Shown: one piece after another, positions 56,526 through 64,000 of the stretch | Position numbering within the stretch: the first letter of the stretch is position 1 | Layout of the letters: each line of letters starts with the position of its first letter | Source: a virus | DNA: 64,000 bases | Strand: one strand, 5' to 3' | Virus record (IMG/VR): IMGVR_UViG_3300047558_000238 | Location: 43,310 to 107,309 of that record | Notes under the pieces: generated by a model | Told to the model about the DNA's origin: nothing | What the model saw: only the letters and a program-made list of their open reading frames with translations | The model's database searches: none | Translations under genes and position numbers: made by a program

Positions 56526-56812
56526 TGGATATCGAAGAATTTAAAGAAGAAGCAAAGCCTTTCTATAGCGAAACCTTTCAGGTTCTAGTTAAGAAGCAAA
56601 GCGACTATGGGCCACTAAACATTGCTCGGGCCCCCGGTGGTGCTCTTAACGGTCTTCGTGTTCGTATGCACGACAAGATGTCTCGGATCAACCATCTAAT
56701 CGATTCCGGTGCTACACCAGAGAACGAAAGTTTGCGCGATTCCTTCTTGGACCTGGCTAACTACGCAATTATTGCAATGATGGTTCTAGACGACAAGTGG
56801 CCTAGCGAGTAG
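56525..56812 (+). CDS. DUF1599/Nmad1 (nucleotide-modification-associated) protein
   Basis: KK..DYG, R..DK..R, ES..D...DLANY. Confidence 0.8.
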   Translation: MDIEEFKEEAKPFYSETFQVLVKKQSDYGPLNIARAPGGALNGLRVRMHDKMSRINHLIDSGATPENESLRDSFLDLANYAIIAMMVLDDKWPSE

Positions 56813-56872
56813 TAAAAATAGGTAATCCTAACCGCTGTTAAAATTTAAGTAACAACCGAAGGATTATTTATC

Positions 56873-57055
56873 ATGGTTTCGTACCCTCCTAATTTTGTAT
56901 CTAAAGTTGCTGAAGAGCAGTGGGATGCCGGATTTAAAGCTGGCCTTCAAGAGGTACTACATGCACTAAAGCTTGAAGACACTGATGCTAAAGGTTCTCC
57001 TAACGAGCAGTGGATTAAAGATTTTTCCGATAAGATAACTAAAAAGTACAAGTAA
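56873..57055 (+). CDS. Hypothetical protein
   Basis: Upstream TAAAAT and AAGGA SD. Confidence 0.5.
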   Translation: MVSYPPNFVSKVAEEQWDAGFKAGLQEVLHALKLEDTDAKGSPNEQWIKDFSDKITKKYK

Positions 57056-57078
57056 CCGTAGTTCTTCAGGAGAGTACG

Positions 57079-57387
57079 ATGAAAATTAATGAACGCCAGC
57101 TTCGTAAGCTCCAAAAGCAGCGCCATATGTATGACATCCAGCAGATGATTCTGGCCAATCCGATGTTTAAGAACCTAAATAAGCGAGACCAGAGCGTCTT
57201 GGCTAAGCTAATTTATAGGGCTGAAATGACGGAAATGTTTATGCGTGACCGCAATGTGGTTAGGATGAACCAGTCATTTGAGCAAATTGTTGGTCAGGTT
57301 CTAGATATGCTTGACGAATCAATGGTTGACCAGGATGGCGATGATGACGACTATGATCGACGTAATCGCGATTTTGATGACAACTAG
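57079..57387 (+). CDS. Hypothetical protein
   Basis: AGGAG SD; acidic tail. Confidence 0.6.
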   Translation: MKINERQLRKLQKQRHMYDIQQMILANPMFKNLNKRDQSVLAKLIYRAEMTEMFMRDRNVVRMNQSFEQIVGQVLDMLDESMVDQDGDDDDYDRRNRDFDDN

Positions 57388-57411
57388 TCAATTTAGGTAT
57401 ATACTGTAACT

Positions 57412-57505
57412 GTCTGTTGGTTTATCTCGTTTTTCCAATTGGCTCCTTTCTGTTAATCATAGGGTGATTAAAGGAAAACCCCTCGAGGTTTCTCGGGGGG
57501 TTTTT
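57412..57505 (+). ncRNA. Candidate small RNA with an anti-SD sequence
   Basis: TATACT at 57400-57405, no start codon at +1, CTCCTTTC, a hairpin and a terminator. Confidence 0.45.
57475..57505. terminator. Bidirectional intrinsic terminator
   Basis: AAAACCCCTCGAG-GTTT-CTCGGGGGGTTTT between convergent transcription units. Confidence 0.85.
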
Positions 57506-57522
57506 CTCTGCTTGTTAGCTAA

Positions 57523-58323
57523 TTACTTAAGACGAACCTTGTCGCCAGGGTTTAGACCCTTGTTCTTGTTTAGCTTCTGAAGAGTCTTGGTGTACTCACC
57601 GATTGAAGCACCATCACCATACTTGCCAACATACTTCTCGGCGATTGCCCAGTAGCTGTCGCCAGCCTTAACGGTGTAGGCAGGAACCTGCTTCTTTGCC
57701 GCAGGTGCTGCTGGTGCTGGTGCTGGGGTTGCTGGCTTTACTACAGGGGCTGGGGTAGCAACTGGTGCTGGAGTATCTCCGTGGATTGGCTCTGGAGCTA
57801 CAGGATCAGATTCTGAGGCAACTACTGGTGCAGAGGCGATAGCCTTCTCCTTGGCAATAAGAGCCTTGAAGAATCCGATTGGCTCGATGTAGTTCTTGCC
57901 GTTTGCATCCCAGATGTGTGACTTACCTAGGCGAAGCTCCCAGTGTAGGTGCTTGCCGGTAGACATGCCAGTTGTCCCCATTCGGCCTAGTGGAGTTCCA
58001 GCAGTAATCTTCTGGCCCTTCTTGACCTTGATTGAGCCATCCTGCATGTGCGCAAAAAGAGTTGTGTAGAACTTACCATCGATCTTCATAAGAAGAATGA
58101 CATAGTTACCAAAGCCACCGCCAGCTGCAGTTGACTTCTTGGCTTCAATTACCTTGGCATCGTATGGAGCTTCAATCCAGCATGGTTCGTGGTGTGACCA
58201 GATGTCAGTTCCGTTGTGGTGCTTCTTGGTCTTAAGAACTGGGTGGATTCGGTACCCCATAAGGCTGGTAATCTTGAAGTCTTTACCTAGCTTCCCGTCA
58301 ATTGGGAACTGTGCTTTTGCCAT
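57523..58323 (-). CDS. Endolysin: M23 peptidase, Pro/Ala linker, LysM
   Basis: HNGTD, HMQ, STGKHLHWE; YTVKAGDS.W.IA...L.PG..V.L. Confidence 0.88.
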   Translation of the reverse strand: MAKAQFPIDGKLGKDFKITSLMGYRIHPVLKTKKHHNGTDIWSHHEPCWIEAPYDAKVIEAKKSTAAGGGFGNYVILLMKIDGKFYTTLFAHMQDGSIKVKKGQKITAGTPLGRMGTTGMSTGKHLHWELRLGKSHIWDANGKNYIEPIGFFKALIAKEKAIASAPVVASESDPVAPEPIHGDTPAPVATPAPVVKPATPAPAPAAPAAKKQVPAYTVKAGDSYWAIAEKYVGKYGDGASIGEYTKTLQKLNKNKGLNPGDKVRLK

Positions 58324-58335
58324 TTATATTGTCCT

Positions 58336-58587
58336 CTACTTAGTTTCTGCTAGTTTCACCGTTGCTATTTCATGGCAACGCTGGTTCGTATACGCACGCT
58401 GAAAAGCTATAAACTCTTCGCGGCGGAAATTGTAGTCAGCTACTCGCGGGTATGGGTTTGAAGCTGTGCGTAGTGGTCTTGCTGCATAGTAATTCTGTGC
58501 AGCTTGAAAGGCCTCGGTACGTAGCTCTTTAGTCTCTGCCTGCAAGAAATAGAAGGCATACCTAAAAACTCGGGAGATAGTTTTCAT
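58336..58587 (-). CDS. Hypothetical protein
   Basis: TAAAAT-N6-ATG on the minus strand. Confidence 0.55.
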   Translation of the reverse strand: MKTISRVFRYAFYFLQAETKELRTEAFQAAQNYYAARPLRTASNPYPRVADYNFRREEFIAFQRAYTNQRCHEIATVKLAETK

Positions 58588-58632
58588 AAGGTAATTTTAC
58601 CAGCGCTAGTGGGTGGTGATTTGGTACTAAAT

Positions 58633-58660
58633 TTGACATATGTGCATTTAGCAGTATCAT
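58633..58660 (+). promoter_or_regulatory. SigA-type promoter for a leaderless mRNA
   Basis: TTGACA-N16-TATCAT-N6-ATG(58667). Confidence 0.7.
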
Positions 58661-58666
58661 GGTTTT

Positions 58667-59212
58667 ATGACTATTCAGATCATTAAAGCAGACATTACTG
58701 AGCTAAAAGTAGATGCAATCGTAAACGCCGCTAACCCTGGACTAGTTGGTGGAGGCGGTGTAGATGGAGCAATTCATGCAGCTGCTGGACCTGAGCTAGC
58801 TGAGGAGGCTAAGAAGTTTGCACCGCTGGCTACTGGTCAGGCTGTGGCTACTCTTGGGTATGGTTTGCATGCTAAGGCTGTTGTGCACACGGTTGGTCCT
58901 ATTTGGAAGGGTGGAGAGTCTGGAGAGATTATCGCGCTCGCGGAATGCTACAAGAACTCTTTAGACGTTGCTAATCAGATTGGTGCTCGTAGTTTGGCTT
59001 TTCCGGCTATCAGCACTGGTGTGTATGGCTTCCCTGCATACGAGGCTGCCATAATTGCAATCGTTACAGTGAATCGTGAGATCGCAAAGTATCCGCATAT
59101 GGATGTCTTCTTTACTTGCTTTGATGATGAGATGTATCAGATTTATAAGCGTGCAGTTGAAGCCTTGTCAAACAACAAAACCCCCGATGAAATCGAGGGT
59201 TCTGCTGACTAG
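58667..59212 (+). CDS. Macrodomain ADP-ribosylhydrolase (MacroD/YmdB-like)
   Basis: DIT...DAIVNAAN..L.GGGGVDGAIH.AAG, HTVGP, FPAISTGVYGFP. Confidence 0.92.
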   Translation: MTIQIIKADITELKVDAIVNAANPGLVGGGGVDGAIHAAAGPELAEEAKKFAPLATGQAVATLGYGLHAKAVVHTVGPIWKGGESGEIIALAECYKNSLDVANQIGARSLAFPAISTGVYGFPAYEAAIIAIVTVNREIAKYPHMDVFFTCFDDEMYQIYKRAVEALSNNKTPDEIEGSAD

Positions 59213-59303
59213 CTTTTTTGCATATCTGGTAGACTTGTGATATAGAAGTACCCCGCGATGGCTGGAACCACCCGGGGTTGTGACCGACTTGAAAGGAGTC
59301 GAT

Positions 59304-59969
59304 ATGTCTAGTCTACCAGAGACTAAGGTCTGCAGCAAATGCGGAGAAGAAAAGCCGCTGGATGCTTTTGGTAAGCGCAACGATACTAAAGATGGTAGGC
59401 GCTCCCAGTGTCGGGTTTGCCGAAATGAAGTCAATAATAAATGGCAACGCACTGATGGCGCTAAACAGACTAGCCGAGCTTGGGGTAGGGCTAATAGAGA
59501 TAAAGTTCGTGAGTATGAGAAACGCTACTGGGGCAATAACCCTGAAAAACTGAAAGAAAAAAGAGCTCGCGGCGGGAAGATTTGGCGGAAGCGTTACCCA
59601 GAAAAATCTCGAGAAAAAACAGCTAAATGGAGAGCTGCTAATCCAGACAAAGTTCGTGAAATAAATAAACGATCCAGAGACAATAGCCCTGGAAAATCAG
59701 CAAAAGATTCAAGAAGACGTCGAGCTCGCGAGTTAGGGGTCATTTCTGAGAAATACACTGAACAAGACATTCTTAGTCGCTGGGGGACTGACTGCCATAT
59801 TTGTAGTGAACCTATAGACCTTAGCGCCTCTAGAGCACCTGGCGCAGATGGCTGGGAGAGTGGGCTTCATCTAGATCATGTTATCGCTATAAGCAAAGGC
59901 GGGCCTGACACTATTGAAAATGTCAAGCCCGCTCATGGGGTTTGCAACTTAAAAAAGAGTGTTGGCTAG
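59304..59969 (+). CDS. Free-standing HNH endonuclease
   Basis: N-terminal CSKC/CRVC, basic repeats, CHIC...HLDHVI...GG.....N....H..CN..K. Confidence 0.88.
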   Translation: MSSLPETKVCSKCGEEKPLDAFGKRNDTKDGRRSQCRVCRNEVNNKWQRTDGAKQTSRAWGRANRDKVREYEKRYWGNNPEKLKEKRARGGKIWRKRYPEKSREKTAKWRAANPDKVREINKRSRDNSPGKSAKDSRRRRARELGVISEKYTEQDILSRWGTDCHICSEPIDLSASRAPGADGWESGLHLDHVIAISKGGPDTIENVKPAHGVCNLKKSVG

Positions 59970-60163
59970 TCCTCTAATTTATCTTCTTTTTCGTATCTAA
60001 ATACTGGGAAGGTAACTACCCAGATTGAGATCGTAACTAGAATCATGTTTCCGACCAACTCACGAGCCGAACCCTCTAGAAGTACCCATGCGGTAGCCAA
60101 TCCCAGCAGGGTATATGCCTGATCTACCAGGTCTTTTAGAAGAGCCTTAATAAAGTGCTTCAT
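59966..60163 (-). CDS. Small membrane protein
   Basis: Two hydrophobic segments; AAGGA SD. Confidence 0.6.
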   Translation of the reverse strand: MKHFIKALLKDLVDQAYTLLGLATAWVLLEGSARELVGNMILVTISIWVVTFPVFRYEKEDKLED

Positions 60164-60171
60164 CTTATTCC

Positions 60172-60582
60172 TTACTTGCCTTGCGATGCTGCTCGGCGTT
60201 GCTTCAAAAGATCAAAGTCCTTGATCTTGGTCTCTCCCATGTACTCCCATGCGTAGCCTGATGCAATCATGGCTTCGTTGAAAGATTGCTCTGCGCCGTC
60301 TAAATAAAGCCAGCCAAGAACGCGTCCATACTTTTCGGATGAATCTGGCTTTTCGGTTTTAATCACAACGGTTGTTGCTTTCTTAAGAGTTTCCTTAAGA
60401 AGATTTTTAACTTCTAGTCCTAGAACCTTCTCAGCCTTGTCTGAAGTTCTTGACTCTGGAGTATCAATACCAGCAAGACGTACTCGCTTAGTGATAGAGA
60501 TGTCGAAGCCTAGGTCGATGTCAACATCAATAGTGTCTCCATCAATTACTGCTAATACTGATTTGACTCGGTATTCGTACAT
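60172..60582 (-). CDS. Staphylococcal nuclease-like (SNase) protein
   Basis: VIDGDT, RVRL.GIDTPE, KYGRVLG. Confidence 0.9.
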   Translation of the reverse strand: MYEYRVKSVLAVIDGDTIDVDIDLGFDISITKRVRLAGIDTPESRTSDKAEKVLGLEVKNLLKETLKKATTVVIKTEKPDSSEKYGRVLGWLYLDGAEQSFNEAMIASGYAWEYMGETKIKDFDLLKQRRAASQGK

Positions 60583-62951
60583 TACTTATTCCTTCTTGAT
60601 GATGCAGATGCTCCACCTGCAGATGCGGTGGCTGCTACTGCAGCTCCTGCGATTTGACCGACGATCACCGCTGCAACCGTAGCTTTTTGTGCTTCTGCTC
60701 TAACGGTAGGATTCATATCTGCTCCGACGTTAGACAAAAGGTTTAGAACTGCAACCACTGCTTCAGCACCTGGAATGGCTGCAAGCTCTTCTGAAAGAAC
60801 AATGTCATCAGCCTGGGCTGCAACCATCAATGCATCAAGTGCTTGCTCGTAAGCTGCTGAGCCTGGAGCTGCAGTTTCGAATACTTCAAGAGCTGCTTCC
60901 TTGATTGCTTCTGCCTGTACAGGAGTTAGGTCAGTTGGAACAATTTCGTCTAACTTGATATCAAGAAGAACAGTGGCAGTAATCTCTTCCGGTAGATCTT
61001 CAACTGAAGTGATAGGCTCTTCTATAGCAGGTTCTTCAGAAGGAGTTGGTTCAGGTGAAGGTTCTACTACAGGTGCTACTACTGGCTCTTCTTCTTTCAC
61101 TGGTGCCGGTGGTGTTGGTGTTGGCTCTGGCTGTGGCTCAGTGGTGGGCGTTGGTTCTGGTGTTGGCTCTGGCGTTGGTTCCGGCTCTGGTGTTGGTTCG
61201 ACGGTCGGTGTTGGCTCTGGTATCACTACCGGAGTTGGAGTCGGAGTCGGAGTCGGGGTTGGGGTAGGCGTTGGTTCAACTACTGGTGCAGGAGTTGGTG
61301 TTGGGGTTGGTGTTGGCGCTGGCGTTGGGGTGGGCGTTGGCTCTGGCTGTGGTGAAGGGGTTGGAGTCGGAGTCGGAATCGGAGCCGAGTCAATTGGAGT
61401 GCTTAAGCGTAGAGTTTTATAAGTTCCAGGGCAAGGATCAGTAAACGTTCCGTTGTCTGCATAGAAAGTTGCAGTAGTGTTTCCAGTAATGTAGCTGGCA
61501 ACAATTGATGAGACATCAATTCCGCAAGTTCCATCTGGTGCTCCATACCATGCACGAGGTGTTGCGAATATGTGACCTTCAGGTGCAGCTATGTTTACTT
61601 GCGCACCTTCATTGAAGGATACTTGCCACCACTGTGGCTCCTGTGTAGTGACGGAAACAATATTTGACTTTGGTGAGTAGATTGCAAGCGTGTCATTGTC
61701 TGCGCGAATCGCGAACTGGAAAGTACTGCCTAGTGGTGCGGTTGAAGCTAGAATGTCCAGCGGAATAGTTACAGATGTCTGTTCGTGTGACCAGGCCCAG
61801 CCGTTTGCTTGGAAGTTATCTGTAGACCACATAATTGCGTATCGCTCTGTGGTTACGCCTGAAAGGTTTGAAGTCGGGGCAGTCCACGTAAGTTCTACTG
61901 CGGTAGAGGTTAGGGTAGCAGTTAGATTAGTTGGAGCTACTAGATGTGGAGTTAGGTCCTGGATCAGCTGCTCTAGACGTTGAATCTCTGCAACGGCTGC
62001 ACTAACTCTAGCTTGAGCCGAAGAGAGATTAGATTGAGCTACAGCTAGCTCGCTTTGAGCCGACTGTAAAGCTTGAGCTGCTAGCTGTAGCGACTGTGTG
62101 GCATCTTGCAGAGCTTGAGTCTCCGCTGCACCATATGTATATGTGTCTGGGGCTGTAGTAGTGGTAGTCGTTAGAAGTTTAACGTTGTCAAGCTCTGGAC
62201 CGTAGTTACCGTTCCAGTATCCTGAGTCTTGTAGGCGGAAGCCAATATCCCATCTAACTGCATCATCTGCAAGGTTATAGGTAGCACCTCTAGTTAGCCA
62301 GTCGTGCCATGCGCCTGAATACTCTAAGTTGTAATAGTTAAGACGAGTACCTGCGGCATTGTATGTGCGGAACTCGATTCGGTAGTAGTCATAGCTAGTT
62401 GCACGTTGGTTGTCGTTAGTGTCGTTGTCTTTCACGTCAACAGCAAAAGTTACCTGACGAGTCGGAGTGGAGAATGTACCAGTCTGTTGATAGTAGACAC
62501 CAGCTGTGTACGAACCTTTTAAGGTTCCGCTTGGCATAACTAGTGCAACGGATGAGTTGTTGTACTTAGATGCGTCATACATCTGAATGTTGGTCCAGTT
62601 GCTGGCAGTGTCGAACGTTCCGTTCTGGACAACGTTAGTCTGCTGGGTAGTCTGAGCTCCAGGGTGTGTGACCTTAGATGCATTGTATGCAGCTAGGGCA
62701 GTAGTGTAGGTTGCTTGTGCTGTGTCGTAGGCAACCTGAGCATCCTGCACTGCCTGAGTTTTTTGTGTTACTACATCTTGGGCAGTAGTTAGGTTGGCAG
62801 TTGCGTCAGCAAGTTCTTGCTGGGCAGCAGTAAGTTGAACTTGCGCTTCTTCTAGTGTTATGGTATTGTCTGCGAAAGCGATGCTTGCAGAGGCTAAAGG
62901 CCACCCTAGCGCTAAAACTAAAGTAAGGTATACTCTGAAAATCTTTTGCAC
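60582..62951 (-). CDS. Large secreted/membrane-anchored protein (signal peptide, coiled coil, CBM-like, FN3, SUEL-like lectin, PT/PE linker)
   Basis: Signal peptide ending ASIAFA; NG.FD beta-sandwich; APTNLTA FN3; YG.P...C...[10 protein letters not shown]; (PT)n; hydrophobic C-terminus followed by RRNK. Confidence 0.7.
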   Translation of the reverse strand: MQKIFRVYLTLVLALGWPLASASIAFADNTITLEEAQVQLTAAQQELADATANLTTAQDVVTQKTQAVQDAQVAYDTAQATYTTALAAYNASKVTHPGAQTTQQTNVVQNGTFDTASNWTNIQMYDASKYNNSSVALVMPSGTLKGSYTAGVYYQQTGTFSTPTRQVTFAVDVKDNDTNDNQRATSYDYYRIEFRTYNAAGTRLNYYNLEYSGAWHDWLTRGATYNLADDAVRWDIGFRLQDSGYWNGNYGPELDNVKLLTTTTTTAPDTYTYGAAETQALQDATQSLQLAAQALQSAQSELAVAQSNLSSAQARVSAAVAEIQRLEQLIQDLTPHLVAPTNLTATLTSTAVELTWTAPTSNLSGVTTERYAIMWSTDNFQANGWAWSHEQTSVTIPLDILASTAPLGSTFQFAIRADNDTLAIYSPKSNIVSVTTQEPQWWQVSFNEGAQVNIAAPEGHIFATPRAWYGAPDGTCGIDVSSIVASYITGNTTATFYADNGTFTDPCPGTYKTLRLSTPIDSAPIPTPTPTPSPQPEPTPTPTPAPTPTPTPTPAPVVEPTPTPTPTPTPTPTPVVIPEPTPTVEPTPEPEPTPEPTPEPTPTTEPQPEPTPTPPAPVKEEEPVVAPVVEPSPEPTPSEEPAIEEPITSVEDLPEEITATVLLDIKLDEIVPTDLTPVQAEAIKEAALEVFETAAPGSAAYEQALDALMVAAQADDIVLSEELAAIPGAEAVVAVLNLLSNVGADMNPTVRAEAQKATVAAVIVGQIAGAAVAATASAGGASASSRRNK

Positions 62952-63251
62952 TTAGTTCTTCCCCTCTAGTTCTTCGGCGTTCTTTAGGCGTACAACCTGA
63001 GAGAAAATAGCATTTACTTCGTCTTGGTCGATTTTTCCATCTTCTAGGAACGCTAGAGCAAGCTTCTCTACAACCTTGGCAACAGCTAAGAGTCCGCCGA
63101 GCGAGGCAGAAAGCCAGACGTCAATACCAATGATTGAGCCAGCACCGATAACGGATAGGGCAGACGCGATAAAGGTAGCAATGACTCTATAAGAGATGTC
63201 AAGAGTTAGCTTTAGTTTTTTGGTACGCTTCGGCGTAGGTTTTTTAGACAA
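62952..63251 (-). CDS. Membrane protein, paralog of 40434-40814
   Basis: R.IA.F...GAGSI.G...W.SA...DGKI...E.N.IF. Confidence 0.6.
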   Translation of the reverse strand: MSKKPTPKRTKKLKLTLDISYRVIATFIASALSVIGAGSIIGIDVWLSASLGGLLAVAKVVEKLALAFLEDGKIDQDEVNAIFSQVVRLKNAEELEGKN

Positions 63252-63315
63252 TGGAGGCTCCGGAAGTTAAGCCTCTCCCCGCATCTAGTTTATCATAAAT
63301 AGGCCATATCTAGCC

Positions 63316-63344
63316 TTGACAACCCCTGTAGTAGGTGTTAGAGT
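63316..63344 (+). promoter_or_regulatory. SigA-type promoter for a leaderless mRNA
   Basis: TTGACA-N17-TAGAGT-N6-ATG(63351). Confidence 0.75.
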
Positions 63345-63350
63345 GTGCCT

Positions 63351-63494
63351 ATGGAAATTTCATTTGTACTTGACTGGGCATCATTCTTTGTTGGTGTGAC
63401 TGCAACCGTACTACTGTCTTTCGTTGCTTTGGTTGGTATTGCTTATGGGCAGTACCGTAAGCAGCGTGGTGGCGGAGTCCGTCGTAGCCGCTAG
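63351..63494 (+). CDS. Small single-TM protein (47 aa), absent from the ORF track
   Basis: MEISFVLDWASFFVGV...RKQRGGGVRRSR, with its own promoter. Confidence 0.65.
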   Translation: MEISFVLDWASFFVGVTATVLLSFVALVGIAYGQYRKQRGGGVRRSR

Positions 63495-63530
63495 TAGTAG
63501 TAGGTAAATATGTGGGGTTATACTGGAAGT

Positions 63531-63716
63531 ATGACCTCGATGCCTTTTCCTGTGTGGATAACCGTAGCCCTGCTTCTAGCGTGGGTCTTATCTGTCGTAG
63601 CCGTTGCAGTGTTCTATTGGATTAGACTGCGTCCAGTAATTAAGAAGTTACAAGAGACAGATGAAGGGCGTAGAGTCTTAATTAAGACTATGTTTCCGCC
63701 TAGATTTCATAAGTAA
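63531..63716 (+). CDS. Small single-TM protein
   Basis: TATACT-N6-ATG(63531). Confidence 0.55.
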   Translation: MTSMPFPVWITVALLLAWVLSVVAVAVFYWIRLRPVIKKLQETDEGRRVLIKTMFPPRFHK

Positions 63717-63735
63717 TAGATAGTACGTAGCGTAG

Positions 63736-63975
63736 CTACTCGTACTCTTCTTCTTGGGCTTCTGGCCCCCACGCATATAACTTTGCTGTGCGCAAAAGGT
63801 CTAATACCTCGTAAGCAAGGTTCTCTGTAGCTAATAGAAGGTCAGCCTTCTGTTCTGAATCCTGCGGATCTTCTAACTCTAAGTGCAGCTCCTGAACGGC
63901 ATAGGTGCATAGCTCTAGACGGCGGAGGGCAACGTCTAGGGGCATTGGCATGTAGGTGTGGTTGCTGCGCTCCAT
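63736..63975 (-). CDS. Hypothetical acidic protein
   Basis: TAAACT-N6-ATG on the minus strand. Confidence 0.55.
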   Translation of the reverse strand: MERSNHTYMPMPLDVALRRLELCTYAVQELHLELEDPQDSEQKADLLLATENLAYEVLDLLRTAKLYAWGPEAQEEEYE

Positions 63976-64000
63976 GAAATAAGTTTAAGGGGCAGGGGAG

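Noticed and set aside
60901-61422. 173-aa plus-strand ORF rich in GV repeats
   Set aside because: Antisense shadow of the PT/PE linker.

Overview
This is a 64-kb segment of a large tailed dsDNA phage using the standard genetic code. An actinobacterial host is inferred from two WhiB genes, DUF3039, a class Ib nrdHIEF operon, PIN-PhoH, a tmRNA tag ending FALAA, and widespread leaderless promoters. 1-10.3 kb: replication and repair genes (AAA ATPase, SSB, pyrimidine-dimer glycosylase, WhiB, GT2-TPR, phosphoesterase, primase-helicase). 10.3-33.5 kb, minus strand: virion fibre genes, including collagen-like fibres, interleaved with putative tailoring enzymes. 33.6-48.8 kb: nucleotide metabolism and auxiliary genes, more 2OG-Fe(II) oxygenases, 9 normal tRNAs, one anomalous tRNA and a tmRNA. 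48.8-64 kb: many small genes, Pnk and RNA ligase, M23-LysM endolysin, macrodomain, HNH, SNase and a large secreted protein. The best candidate for an undescribed system is a repeated cassette of fibre gene, unusual tip-protein gene and dedicated enzymes. In one cassette, an FN3 protein with a 62-residue P/F/Y repeat tail is followed by 8 prolyl-hydroxylase-like oxygenases and 2 dUTPase-fold-like proteins. In another, a protein with a symmetric Cys-ladder hairpin is followed by a related accessory set. Other notable items are a tRNA with an 11-nt anticodon-arm insertion, a motif just upstream of several tRNAs and the tmRNA, and a candidate anti-Shine-Dalgarno sRNA. All family assignments are by eye from motifs; no database searches were run.
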